Source of the DNA: the human T2T-CHM13v2.0 reference genome, Homo sapiens
Length of the DNA: 64,000 nt
Assembly: GCF_009914755.1 (NCBI RefSeq)
Contig: NC_060931.1
Reading direction: 5' to 3' (one strand)
The notes beneath the pieces were generated by a model. The model searched no databases. It was not told where the DNA came from and saw only the letters and a program-made list of their open reading frames with translations. Of this stretch, positions 27,876 through 42,532 are shown one piece after another (the stretch's first letter is position 1; each line of letters begins with the position of its first letter). The position numbers and the translations under genes were made by a program.

Positions 27876-29297
27876 TAATAGTGGAATTCAGTGACACTCA
27901 TTAGTTACCTCTTCACACATTCCCGCCAAACACTTGTCCCTGAGTCTGTTCTTTTTCATTAGTGGTTCCTAATCCAGTTTTCAAAACTGCTCAATATTTG
28001 GAGAGGTTTTGACCAGTTGCTCTGGAAACAGAGGCGGTTCCACCATAGCCAACAGAGTTCAGAACATAAATTGTCCATTTATATCCCCATTTGTATCTTA
28101 AGCTTAGCTTGCATAGGACTCAGCAAAGCAATATGTCAAATTCCTTATATTTGTTATATCTCTTTTTTCACTGACTCAAAGCATGAAAAATTTGAAATTA
28201 ATAAAACAATTTTTTAGATGATCAGAGATTCTTTTTTCTAAAATTTTCTAAATACTATGGTTGTGTCCCTTAACCACAGGCATGGTGGTTTCACTGCATT
28301 TTACTCAAGAGAAGATTGCTTACAAATATCACACAGGAGACCTTTCTAGTCTCCTGCAGGAGGGTGGCTGACCCAGGGAACCTCCAGGCAAGCAGGACAT
28401 ATGCCAAGTATCCTACATGTGGACAGTGTCTAACTTGATCCGATCTTTCTCCTTCCCCATGTTTTAGTTAAGTCCCCTGAAAGCCCCCATTACCCACTGT
28501 TCATAAAGGGTCTGTAAATTATTTAAGAGAAGGAAACACAGCCTTTATCCCATCGGATTTTTCCTCTCAATCACTTGAGTCTTTTCTCTGAGCACACACA
28601 CATGGCCCAGACTCACTGTCAGGGGAGATGTAATGCCAGCATCTGGTGTTAATATCTATTGTTGACATTTTGGGAATGAGAACATGAGCTGTTAGGGAAG
28701 ATGTTTGCTTGTACCTAATTAATGTCCCATTGTATCCTCTCTTGTTGTCAGCTCTGCCTCACCATCCTGCCTTGGCATTTTCTTTTACTGGCTAACTTTA
28801 AAAGTTAATTATTTCTCTGTTGAATGTTAAATGCCACCGGTTTTTAATGCCGTTCCTTGGTGTGAGTTATTAGTTATCAAAAATCAAAATGATCTGTGCA
28901 ATTATCAGCTCTTTACCTAAAGCCACTGTTCTTGCTAATCGCGTAAAGTGTGATAGCATTTGCTGATGTCTGGCAACATGGATCTTTCTAGCAGATTTAA
29001 GTTTCTCACTCAGTACATTCCTGTCCCTGTCTGGCTTTCCTTGTGGAGATCAGATACAAAGTCCTGGTACATCATCTAATGGAAACAATTACTGACAGGG
29101 CCAAGTCTTCAAGGCCCATTTTGCTTGAATCTCAAATCACTGTTAAAATTCATTTGGCAACTCCAATAAGTACAGAGAGTAATGAGGAACTTCAAATAGA
29201 ATATTTCCTAATAGCTTTCGTAAAACATGTCTTGGTAGGAGATCACAACTCTTTCTTTACTTGAGATTGGTTTATAAAAATAATAGTACAAGTTCCA

Positions 29298-29510
29298 ACT
29301 AACAGCTACTAAGTGCATACTCTGTGCCAGGCTTTGTCATTAGCTTTTCGCATGGATTATCTTAATCCTCTCAACAATCCTGTGAGGTAAAGTCTTATTA
29401 TTATTCCCAACTTAAAGATGAGCAATTTGAAGACTAAAGACTTGAGTAATTAATGCAGCATCACATGGCTGGTAAGTCATGGGCCAGGATCCCCAGCCAG
29501 CAGTCACTGC
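29298..29510 (-). mobile_element. MIR
   Basis: TACTCTGTGCCAGGC...TTAATCCTCTCAACAATCCTGTGAGGTAA...ATTATTCCC. Confidence 0.75.
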
Positions 29511-29514
29511 AGAG

Positions 29515-29835
29515 CTGCACTGTCCCAGGCAGTGACTGTGACTCACACGTGGCTACTGAGCACTTGAAATGGGGTGAGTCCAAATGAGATGGGCCATAAG
29601 TGTAAAACCTACGCCCTGTTCCTAAGCTTTAGTCAATAAAATAGCGTAAAATGTCTCGTTAAGAATGTGTTCATACCAATTACATGTTGAAGTGATAATA
29701 TTTTGGATGCATTGAGTTACAGGAAATATGTTATTAAAATTAACTTTTTGTTTCTTTTTCACTTCTTTAATGTGGCTACTAGAAAATTTTAAATTTCCTG
29801 TACTGCTTGCCTTATATTTCTATTAGAAAGGGCTG
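29515..29835 (-). mobile_element. MER33 (hAT-Charlie)
   Basis: CTGCACTGTCC...GTGGCTACTGAGCACTTGAAAT...TTACATGTTGAAGTGATAATATTTTGGAT...TTAATGTGGCTACTAGAAAATTTTAAA. Confidence 0.85.
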
Positions 29836-29836
29836 C

Positions 29837-30012
29837 TGTGTGTGTGTGTGTGTGTATGTATGGGTGTGTGTGTGTATGGGTGTGTGTGTATGTATGTGTG
29901 TGTGTATGGGTGTGTGTGTATGTATGTGTGTGTGTGTATGTATGGGTGTGTGTGTATATATGTGTGCGTGTGTGTGTATGTATGGGTGTGTGTGTGTGTG
30001 TGTGTATATATA
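29837..30012. repeat. Compound (TG)n microsatellite with TATG/TATGGG interruptions, ~175 bp
   Basis: Directly visible; produces the VC/CVY-repeat ORFs. Confidence 0.97.
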
Positions 30013-33000
30013 CGGAGAGAGATTTCTGGAGTTTTTCTTGTCTTAACGAGTTTCCGATCCTAAACTATTGAGGAATAGGCACAAATTTCTGACCCTTCCT
30101 CCCCTTTCTGGTTGTTTCACTTCCAGAAATCCGACAGAAAGTACAAATTTTTACATCTGAGTCTCTACCAAGAGCCCATCTGTTGGCTCTTCTCAAGTAT
30201 GGAAAGATGAAACACTGACATGCCAGGCATTAACGAGATCAAAAGCAGGGCTAATGACAGAAATGTGGCTGCTGTTAAAGTGTCTCCAGAGGATTATCGG
30301 GGAGGACTTTTTGTTCTCCTTACGGCGACCCCCTCAAATGTCTTCCAGAGAGTGCCTCTCAGTTCCAGTTCCTGAAGTCCTCCTTTGCCTTCCTTTCCAA
30401 TCCTTGTCCACCACTTTCCTGGTCCACCTCCCTCTCTCTCCTGGACGCCCATCTCTGGGGTGTCTGTGCAGCTGAGGCGGCCCCTCTGTTAAGCACTTCT
30501 GACACGAGGCAGGTCTTTTTTCCCTGCCAGTGAGAGCAGAGTGTATAATGGTGTTGCCCTCCACCGGGGATCTTTGAGAAGCTTTATGGCTCTAGCAGAC
30601 ATGGGGGAACCAATCACAGGCACTGCAGCTGATATATGACACTAATATAGGGTTCACTTTTATTCTCAACCTAAAAAAAGATAGATTGTTCCAAGTTTAG
30701 ACAGGCTGTAAAATCATGTGCTTCTGGAACCATGCTGCCTTACCCCTGGGACCACTGTAATTGCTTTACATCTGTACAAAGGTTCCTTGTAATCGGGCTT
30801 TCTGCCTTCATTTGTCTTCTTTTCAGCCTCTTAGTAAAGACCTTAATTGGTCTTAGTGGGGCTTTTTTCAGTTAGTGCAACTGTACCTTTAGGGCTGAAC
30901 AAGTACCAGACACTACCTGCGGGGAGAAGTGAGGAGATGGGAAAGACATCAATACTCCTTTACCTTTAACAGTTTAATTAATGTGCTCAGAACAAGGAGC
31001 AGTTTGAAGAAATTTTGGCTCCTCTGGGACCCTGCTACAGATCAGACATAACTAGGGTTAGGTGGAATTTTCTAGATTTCTTTCCTGCTTCAGTCTCTGT
31101 GAACACTCATTAGCCTCATAATTGTCTCACAGTAAACTGCTGTATCAAGTTTCAGTCTGTCTCTTTGGAGGATCAAGTTGCTTTATATCAATAGACTGAA
31201 GTACTAGGGGATGTGTGTGAAGGGAAGTAGCCTCTAATTTCTTCTGTTTCTTAGCTACTAATTATTTAATAATACATTTTATTGCCTATTAAAATGTGGC
31301 ATAACTTGCTTGTCAGCAAAACTAGATGGAACCTAATCATTTGAGGAGAAGGATAATTGGCACTTGTACAGATGGCTTTTATTGCCAGTTGGGTTTGTTA
31401 TTGCAGATAGAATTCCTTGCCAGGTTTCTTGGTTCTGTTTGTGGGCTGGTCAGTGTTGTGAGGGGGTTACTTACTGTATTACAACCCAGGCGGTTAAATG
31501 TGGTATTATTGCAAATGCAGTGTGTACTCAGTTATAGATCATAAAGGCTTCTGCTGTGTAGGTACTTTTTTTCTTCTCCTCCCCCCACCTCCCCACCCCT
31601 GGTTTTAAAGGACCCTAGTGAGTTTTGTACCACACTGAAAATTACCTTATGTGCTGGAAAATGCATCAGTGGAGACTTTGTTTAAACAAAGGGCGTTTTT
31701 ATGATGGATAGAAGTGGCCAAAACTTCTGGATTTCCATCTAGTAAAAATTTGTGTAGGAAAATTGGACCAGTCCCAGTTCCTTAGTAGAATTTCACGAAG
31801 GTTTTCCTGTTGCTTCAAAATGACCCCTTGAGGAATGTTGTATAAATTCCAGAAAATTGCTCCCAATGTTTCCTGGAGCACATTAAAAAATGAAGGAGAC
31901 ACATTGTGTGTGGGATAGTTTGGTAACAGAATTAGTTCACTGGGTAGAACAGAGGGGATCCCAGGTAGTTGGGCTCTAAGTGGGAAGCGTTGGCCAACAT
32001 TTGTAACTGGAGGCAGATTTGGCAGGCACTTGGGTAAGGAACATTTTGGTGGTAATGAAGTAGGCAGGAACAAACCGCGCAGGGGAAGAATGCTTCACAC
32101 TGCCAGGCTTTGTGGCCCAGAGCCTAGCATTCTCATCCCCAGGTGCCCAGCTCCTCTGCCTTCCCAAGGTGCTCAAGTTTGCTTTCTACTCAGATATGGC
32201 CCAGTTTCACTGGCAACCACCTCCCTTATTTGTTGAAAGTATGGCTTGTGTTCTGACCCAAGAGAGCCATTTAAAACCTATAATGATGTCCATCTTTGTA
32301 CGTTTTCTGGGTCCCATCTTCCCATCCATTACTACTTTGTCATTGTTCTTATGTCTCATAGTTGAACTCCTGAGGTCTAATTGTGCCAGAACAACATGTC
32401 TCCCATCTGTCTGGCAACTCTCTTGGCAACTGCATTCCTCTTCCCTTGAAAGAGGTACACACTCTTGACCCCTCCCTTCCAAAAGCCTCAGTGAAGACCT
32501 ATGTGTTTTACCTGTAAACGCACGGCCTTTTTAAGTGTGGAAGGGAATGTCTAGACTTGATACTTTAGAAAATCATTATGAAGTAAGCTTGACGTAGGTA
32601 GCTTTGTTTCTTAGGGGTTGAACTTGGGAATTACTGTAATTTAATACCTACAATAAATGTGTTAAAATAGGGAAGAAAGCCAATTCTGAGGTTTTGTGTG
32701 TTATATGAAGGGTGTGTGTTATGCATCGTCATTAAATTTTCTTAAGCAAAAGCTACTAGCAAGTGGAAGCCAATTTAAAAGGTGTATATTGGAACCAGAA
32801 CATGTAGCCAGAAACTGGCTTGGGAGGTGCAAATCCTTTAGACCATTGAGAGCATGGAGGTTGGCAATGACCTAGAATGTCTATAACCTTAGTGGTCACA
32901 GTCTACAGTCCACTCCGGATGACGTGGGGCTATGGATGAGCAGATGGGTGGGTATGTGTTGGGGACACGATTTTGGACAACGTTACATCTGTTGATTTCT

Positions 33001-33207
33001 TTCTGTCCTGTAGTTGACTCTTCTGAGTTTATTTGTAAATCACCAGTTATGCCAATAGTATTTTCTTATCAGCCCTCACCCTGGTAACTTTTCTCTTGTT
33101 GATCTAGATGGACAGACCCAAATGGAGGGAAAGGATTTTAAACAGTATGCCATTCTTTATTAAATGAAGCACCATTAAAACTACTTCCATCTCTGAGTTT
33201 CCTTTTT

Positions 33208-33663
33208 CCAGGCCCACGCCTAACATTTGCAAGGCAAGCATACACATGGAGGCCCAGCTTACTTCTCTTCACTTCTCTTTCCAGCACCATGAGGAGCTTT
33301 GCTCCTCACCTCACTCACTCCATACATCCAAGCTCCACCCATACTTTTTGCCCTCACCAGCCCAGTAAACAGCTGCCTGTTGACCACCCTCAAGCCTATA
33401 GGTGTGTGTACCAACAGCATGGCCTGCCCTTGGGAGGATGGCTTCCAGGGTAGGAACCTGCCTATGCAGGCCCTAGAAGCAGCTTAGGCCATCTGGGAAG
33501 AGGAGTGCTGTCTCCTTGGTGTGCACCACATGGTCCTAAGGGGGAATGTGTCAGCTAGGTGGGCCCATCCCCACGACTTCATGGATTCTTGCCCCATGTG
33601 GAGGGACACAGCTGGAGGGGCCAAGAAGGATCCCCTTATGCATGGTCTCAAGGCAGGGGCTGG
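33208..33663. mobile_element. MER115/Zaphod-like hAT-Tip100 remnant
   Basis: CCCTCAAGCCTATAGGTGTGTG...TGCCCTTGGGAGGATGG...GCAGGCCCTAGAAGCAG...CATGGATTCTTGCCCCATG resembles the MER115 consensus as recalled. Confidence 0.55.
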
Positions 33664-34241
33664 ATCTAACCTGTATTGCCTCTGCCTTTTCATTTCAGTC
33701 TTCATAACCTCACACTTCATGTCCTGCAAAAATAAAATGAAATAAAATGGATCCAGCTCTCCTTCAGAAAAGCTAAATGGATGAGCTAGTTAACTCATCA
33801 GTGTCTGCGGACACAAGGTGTGAAGGCTTAGTCTTTAGATTCAATACTGGAAAGTCAGCTGGGGTCTTGTGCAAAAGATGTGATGCATTTTGTGTAAGAA
33901 GTCTGTTTTTTCCATTAGCATTTAAAGTATAGCATACTGCTAACCAGACACAAGGAATGCTCTACTATACAGTGAAAGAACTATGCAAGGGAAAATTGCA
34001 GCTGAAGGACCAAATTAGGAATGTTTTCAATTTCAAGAGTCCAGAGAAGAAACAAAGCATTATATTGACATAGTTTGAACAAAGTAAAGCACTTCGAACC
34101 TTGCTAACATTTTTAAATACACCTTTGTTAAACCTCTTTAAAGAATGACGATAATTGCGTTGTTGTTGTTAGTATTCCTAATGTCCAAAGGGTTGCTGTA
34201 ATTTACTCTCCCTTCAAATTTGAATATGGTTCATAGGCTTC

Positions 34242-34672
34242 TGTCTTAGTCCATTTCATGTTGCCATAACAGAATACCTGACACTGGGTAATTTATAAAT
34301 AAAAGAGGTTATTTAGTACAAGGTTCTGCAGGCTAGGAAGTTCAAGGGGCGTGGCACTGGCATCTGCTTGGCTTCTGGTGAGGGCCACATGCTGGTCAAA
34401 ACATGGCAGAGAAGGTCAAAGGGGAAGTGGACACGGGTGAAGAAACCCAAGGGGCGCCCTTGCTTTATCTCAGCCGGCTCTTGAGGGATCTAATCCATTC
34501 CCTGGAGAGTGAGAACTTACTCACTTCCAAGGAGAGTGTTCATCTATTCTTGAGGGATCTGCTTCCAGGACCCAAAAGCCTCCCACTACACCCCACCTCC
34601 CAACACTGCCACACTGGGGATTAAATTTCCACGTGAGTTTTGGTGGAGACAAACCACATCCAAAACACAGCA
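34242..34672 (-). mobile_element. MST-family (MSTB2/MSTC-like) solo LTR
   Basis: TGTCTTAGTCCATT...ACAGCA termini; perfect 5-bp TSD GCTTC (34237-34241/34673-34677). Confidence 0.9.
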
Positions 34673-34993
34673 GCTTCTAAAATTAGGTTAAGAGGACACA
34701 AACTCTATCCAGAAGCCAATGTAGTATGTGTTTTCTATTGTGCTGCTACCCAAATTTTAACAATGAGAATTCTGACTTTGATGTGGCAGTGATAGTCCTT
34801 AAAGTATTTGAAGGTCTTTGTCAGTTGCCACTTATTTTTGTGTAGCAGAAGCACGGGTTTTTATGATTTTGATCTTCCTTTAAAAAGATGTAGGTTAATT
34901 ATTCTGTCATCTTTATCTGACAGACAATGGCTAATATTGTTTATTGTGTAAATGAGACGCTTTACTTTCAAAGAATGCTAATATTGGCTTTGA

Positions 34994-35320
<327 letters not shown>

Positions 35321-35944
35321 TAAGCAAGTATCTTTAAATGGGTCCTTGTTAGTCAGCTTTTTTCATTATCTCAAGAGAGGAGAGTATTAGGAGAGCACAT
35401 TTTCAGACACACTAGAAGACAACAATAATACCTGTGACAGGTGTATGACCCCGGCTCATGGTGGCCTTCTCACTCACCTGACTCAAAGTTGGGCAGCGGG
35501 ACTAATTTTACATAATCTTAAATCTTATAAATGACTTTCTGCTCTCTTTTCCTTACACCACTGATTTCTCTTCCCTGGCACCCTTGCTAGTGAGATAAAA
35601 CAGGGAACAGAGCCAGGACCAGTGAGCTGCCATGTGGAGTGCTGCATCTCCCTGAAGGCTGACCGTGAGCTGTGTTCATGAAGGACTCATTGTCACATTC
35701 TACCCAGAGGCCTCTAAGCTGCTCTTTTCTGGAGTTTAAGCCTCATTCTTAGGACATGCCGTGAATTTGCTCTCCAAAATGATTCCACACACAAAAGTCC
35801 TCTCTCTATAAGCCCTACCAGCATTAGCCAGAGTCCTCCTGGTATTCTTTCTCATCTCCACCTGGGTTAAAAAGTGAGTGTGTAGCAGATTTGTTTAAAA
35901 GGGTCCTCAGCTACACCCAGCCTCCCATATAAAAATCGATTCTT

Positions 35945-36245
<301 letters not shown>

Positions 36246-37478
36246 TCAGATAATGACGATAGAGCAAAGTATTTTGCTCGTGTCTTTTGTTTGGCTCAGT
36301 GTTCATTTGTCATTACGCCTCAGCCTCCTTTTCTTTAAGCACTTGTTGTGATCTCCGGGCATGTGCTTATGTTCGTGACTGTTTTCCAGAGCATTGCTGG
36401 GCTGCTTAACTTTTGATGCTCCCGTCTAAATAATGACTAGGTTCCTAAGATGCCTTTACGCTTCCTAGAAGAATCTGCCACCATTTGAATTCTCTAGCAG
36501 CACCCCAAAAGTGCTAAATTATACAGTCCAAGGAGGACAGTCATCCACCAAAGAAACAAGGGTAGGATGAACAGAAAGGGAGAAAGATGTTGAATTGAGC
36601 CAATTCAGGGAGTAAGTAATACATGCTCTCTGGTTGAACTGATTTTTCATATGGCTAGGTGGCTGGGTTCTGCCTGTGACTTGTTCAACTCTGCAAGCTA
36701 CTAAATAGAATAAAACTTGCTGAAATCAGAGAACTTCAAGAAGATAAGTTTTATGTATATGTATATGTATATAGGCATATATTCATATACATACCCATGC
36801 TCTCACACACTCATACACAAACTTAAAGGATTCTAGTTTAGGGTAGACTTAACCCTTTGACAGTTCAAAGAGAGAAGTTAGAGTCTACAAAGTGATTATT
36901 ATGTAAACCCAACAGGGCCTTTCCTGGAAATACCACAAAAATTTCTTAGAATTGAAAAGATGACAAATGCTGATTTATGCAGAACTCGGGACTTCATTGA
37001 TAGAGCACTGTCACTTACTACTTCCATCAGCAGGAATGGTTCCTTTTAACATCAGATTGGGTGTTTACATGGATGACAATTAGGGCTGGTGAAATAGTTC
37101 AAATAAAAGAAGAACCAGACCGGCATGGGGAGTGAACCTAGTTAGTTCCCAAGTATTAAATACCTGTCTTCCCTCCCTTGTCTCTCTCCTCTTCCCTTCC
37201 TTTCTCCACTTTGTTTCTCACTTCACTCCCTTTCCAGACTGTTCTTCCCTGTCAGGGAAGGCTGAACAGAGATTGAACCACACAATACATTGAGATTCTG
37301 CAGCAGAGAAGACATTCAAATCCTGAAATACTGTAGTGGGATCTGGTTTTCAAATGTTTCTTCCCCGGGAAAGTGAAACATTCCTTGCAGTCTTATAAAA
37401 TAAGTATGTTCGTTGATATTTCAAGCAGGAGAAATTCATTTTAAGAAGTTGGAGTATTTATATGTGACAGGATAGTAG

Positions 37479-37564
37479 TTCCTCTTTCTCTCCCCCGTCC
37501 CTCCCTCCCTCTCTCCTTCCTCCTGTCCTCTCTTCCTTCCTCCCTCCCTTTCTCTCTCCTCTTT
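37479..37564. repeat. Polypyrimidine (CCCT/CT-rich) low-complexity tract
   Basis: About 85 nt of almost pure C/T on the + strand. Confidence 0.9.
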
Positions 37565-37919
37565 GATTTTATTTTTTAATCAGAAAGTTCTTTTTAAAGG
37601 AAGAGAAATATCAACATTGTACATTCTAACATTCCAAATGCTTCATATAGTTCCTTGTTTTATTGCTTTAAACATTTTTTCAACAGATACTTAAGGACAT
37701 TTTTCAGGAGTTGTGCAAGGCATGAACACCTGGAGATACGTAAGCTACAGTGGTGAACATGGAGGTGTCCACAGTAAGCGGGAGAGAGGCAGGTACTCTG
37801 CAGTAAGAGACGGGTGTTAAAGAAAGATAAATTATCTCAATAACTCTGGAATGACATCAACCCCACTTAGAATTAAAGGAACAGAAGTCTTTGTGATAAA
37901 TATTCTCTCAGTCTTTCCC

Positions 37920-38400
37920 TCTCTGTGTGTGTATAATATTTTTGTTAATACACAGATGGTAATCTAATGAGATGCATTTATTCCTCCTGATATTTGTAAG
38001 TACAGTGTATCTTTTCATTGTATTAACTGTTGTTCTACATCTGTTTGGATCCATTCTGTGGATTCAAAATCATGTAGATCACCAGTCTCTAATGGTTGGA
38101 CATTTAGGATTTATCTGGTTTCTCATCTGAGTGTTTATTAGATGACTATTGGATTTCCTTAGACATATTCTTGGAAATAGAATTGCTATATCAAAAATTA
38201 TGGAAAATCTGAAGCTATTGATATACCTAATGCTAGATGACACATTGGTGGGTGCAGCGCACCAGCATGGCACATGTATACATATGTAACTAACCTGCAC
38301 AATGTGCACATGTACCCTAAAACTTAGAGTATAATATAAAAAAAAGAAAAAAAAAAAAAAAAAAAAATCTGAAGCTATTGATAGTCTTATTTTTAATTGC
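37920..38400 (-). mobile_element. Ancient L1ME-like fragment (host of the L1Hs insertion)
   Basis: GGTTGGACATTTAGG...TTTCCTTAGACATATTCTTGGAAATAGAATTGCTATATCAAA pattern of reversed old L1. Confidence 0.55.
38224..38363 (+). mobile_element. L1Hs-Ta, severely 5'-truncated (~110 bp of 3'UTR plus poly-A)
   Basis: GATGAC-ACA-TTGGTGGG and AAAACTTA-G-AGTATAAT (Ta ACA and G diagnostics); perfect 20-bp TSD AAAATCTGAAGCTATTGATA (38204-38223/38364-38383). Confidence 0.95.
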
Positions 38401-38809
38401 TCTAAAATAAGTATTAATTTCTTAGAAAGAATTATTTATTTAAATTAAGATATTTATGCAGATGAAATACCCAAATATTCTGGTTTGCTGTTTATTTTTA
38501 TCCCATAACTCAACGGGTATTTATATAATTAATTATACTTTTCAAGTTTTTCACCCCTATGTTCTACATATATTGCTACCCATGTACTCCATACTCTATT
38601 CTTTTATGCTTCTTTGAATTCTGTAATTTAAAAAATCAAAGCAAACTAAAAACAAAACAATTCAGCTCAAATAACATTTTTTCCTAAAAACCTAAGTCTC
38701 CCAGCTTCTTTGAACTCCTCCTTCTATGGACTCTTACAGTCCTCCTCTAGCCTATTTATCTCATTTGTTAATTAGCTAGCTAGCTTTTATGCTATGTTTT
38801 ATTATTAGA

Positions 38810-38910
38810 ATCCTGTTTCTTTTAGTAGATTGCAAACTACTCAGAGCCAGAGACCATGCCTTGTGTTATTTGTGTACACAGCTAGCAGAGCACCTTACAC
38901 ATCATAGGAA
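38810..38910 (+). mobile_element. L2 3' fragment
   Basis: TAGATTGCAAACTACTCAGAGCCAGAGACCATGCCTTG...CTAGCAGAGCACCTTACACATCATAGG. Confidence 0.55.
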
Positions 38911-39151
38911 TGGGATCTATTTTAGTGATTAATCTGTTCTGTTTTTATTTCAGCAGGGTTTGTGGAAGGGCATGGCCAAGTTGATGGTGATCATATGCCT
39001 TCAAATATCATGTTGACAATTATCACGTTGATATGGAAGGAAGGGAGACTGGCTTACTAAAAAAGCATTCTAGTTGTCTAGATTGGAAAAAAATGCATTT
39101 AGTCTTTCAACTGTCTAGCACCTAGTAGGCAGTCAGTAAATAGAAGCTTAA

Positions 39152-39498
<347 letters not shown>

Positions 39499-41881
39499 TT
39501 AAAAAGGGCTCAAAAGTCCTTTTAAATAAGTATTTCAATTTAAATAAATTTATTAACTTCTTTTTACTCCATTTCCTTGTCTAGGAAAGGTGGATCAGAC
39601 TCATTCATTATAAAGAACTCTTTCTGATTGAAAACATTTAGTTAACTCTCTCTGGTCATGGGCATTCACATATTGGAGACAGAAGCAGAACCAGTTGTGT
39701 AAACACTGACCAATGTGTTCAATGTAGTTTTAAGGAAATAAAATATTTTTTATTTATGGATAAGTCTTGATACTAAAATGCTAAAAACTTTTCAGTTAGC
39801 TGGCTGGCACATATCTCTCAGCAGTAATACTGCTGTAGGTAAAGTTGGCGTGCTACTTCCTTTTTCATCAGGTACAGTAGCTCAGTTTAGACATCATATG
39901 TAAATGGAGAAAGGTACTGGGAAAGCCTATTAACAAAAAGGATTAGTAGGAATTTTAAAAATTAACTGTGAAAAAAATTCTTTCTGCTCTAAGACATCAT
40001 CTCTGCAGAAAAGATATTTGGTAAAGGAATAATTGGTTCAGATTTTCTCCCCTAGTATCTTTACTATCTGCCCTGAATTTCCCTCTTTACTCTTCAGAAG
40101 AGAGGGTCAGTTCCATCACCAACCCGGATACAAAGATTCTCATTTCCCGTTAGGTCATAGCATTTAGAATAATGTTTATTTTGGTATTTTTAAATATTTT
40201 GTGGTTTTATGAGGAACCAATACATGTGGTCAAGCATTCCCTTATTAAGGGAAATAAAGCTCAAGCTCAGAACAGATGGAGAAACTTGTCCATACATTTG
40301 CATGTGACGTGTGGTGTAGACCAGAAGTTTAAAGAATATTATATTCCAATGACACATATAAAGCACCTGCAATTGACAGAGAACGTAAATGGTATTTTTT
40401 AAAGGCTAGAAGTTCATAGACTCCTTCCATTCATGTCTGACATCAGCAAGCTCTTAATAATGCAGTGTGTACTTATCTATTGATCAGACCATTTAAGTAG
40501 TAAGACATGAGAAAGTAGACACTATTGTCTGGTAATTGACCATATTGGAGAGTTAAGTGTTCTGACAAGGAACTAAGTGTATTTAACCTTCAGATAAGAT
40601 CAATTTTAAGATAATGCCTACTTTAGTAATGAACCAAAGCTGTTAAGAAAACTTTGTTCTTCTAAAGCAGTGCTGTTTTGATGACAACTATCATAGTTTT
40701 AATGACCAGATTTGTTCCTGACCAGATTGGTCTTCCAGGGCAACCTGGAAAGGAGTTACTAACATTCATCCTTTACTTACCATAAAAGCTCAAATGGAAA
40801 GAGACGGTGGGAAGCAGCACTGCCCAAAGAGCCACTGATTGGTTTAGGAGACATCTTTTGGGTACCTACCATAAGCCAGTCATCATGCTATATTGTAGGG
40901 CTTCCAAGTTTAGTAACATATCTGACTTCAAGAAACTTATGTTTCAGTAAAATGGTTTTCCAGTTGTATTTTATATGTTAAATCTCTAAAACCAAAGCTT
41001 ATGTTAGTCCTTCATTTATTAAAGAGAGAGAGAGAGGAAGTTCTCCTATATTTGCCTCTGAGTCTTTTCCCTGTGACCTAATTGAACACCACTTGAAACC
41101 TCCTTCTCTTAGAGACAGATCCATAAGCAAATAACACATTATAAGTTATATAATACAAACATGAACAAAATTGACAAGAGAACACAAAGAAGGACGTAGC
41201 TAAAGCGGCTCTGCATTTAGGAAAGGCTTCCTAGAGGAAGCAATGTTGAACTCTTGTCTCGTTGGATGAGTAAAGCTCCCCAGAGAGAGAGAAAGTGGAG
41301 GCAGTGTGAGCAAAGCAGGTGAAGGCTGTGGTATGTTTGTGGAAGTAGGTAGCCCTACTTATATGTCTGGAATAGAGGCTTTTGAAAAGAAATAGTGAGA
41401 GATAAAACAGGAAAGTAGATTAGGCCCCAAATCCTCCAGAGGTTTTTAAGCAGAAGACTAAAAATCAGATTTGGATATCAGTGAGGTGATGCTGATAAAC
41501 TCGGGGAAATCACAGGAGCTTTTTAAGAAGAGAGTTGATATTCACCTAGGGCAGCAGTAGTGACATTTGAGAAGAAGGAATGTTCCAAAGGTATTTTAGA
41601 GGTGATAGTGGATAGATTAAGTGACTGACCAAATGTGGAGAACGGAGAAACAAAAGAGGAGAGGAGGTAAGGGTAATTCTGAGACACCTAACCCCAAAGA
41701 CTGCATGGGAGAGTATGTCCAATACAGGGGGAGGATTGAGTTGAAGATGAGAATAAGGAAGAATCAGTTCATTTTGGAGATGTTGAGTTTGAGGTACCTG
41801 TGGAACATCCAAGTGGAGAACTTTGGCTAACAAAGTTTGGGTCCTGAAGATAAAGGTTAGGATTAGAAATACTGATTTATG

Positions 41882-42532
<651 letters not shown>

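Noticed and set aside
29807-30071. Cys/Val-rich ORFs
   Set aside because: Translation of the TG microsatellite
32918-32927. GATGACGTGG XBP1/CREB3-type motif
   Set aside because: Isolated single motif without supporting context
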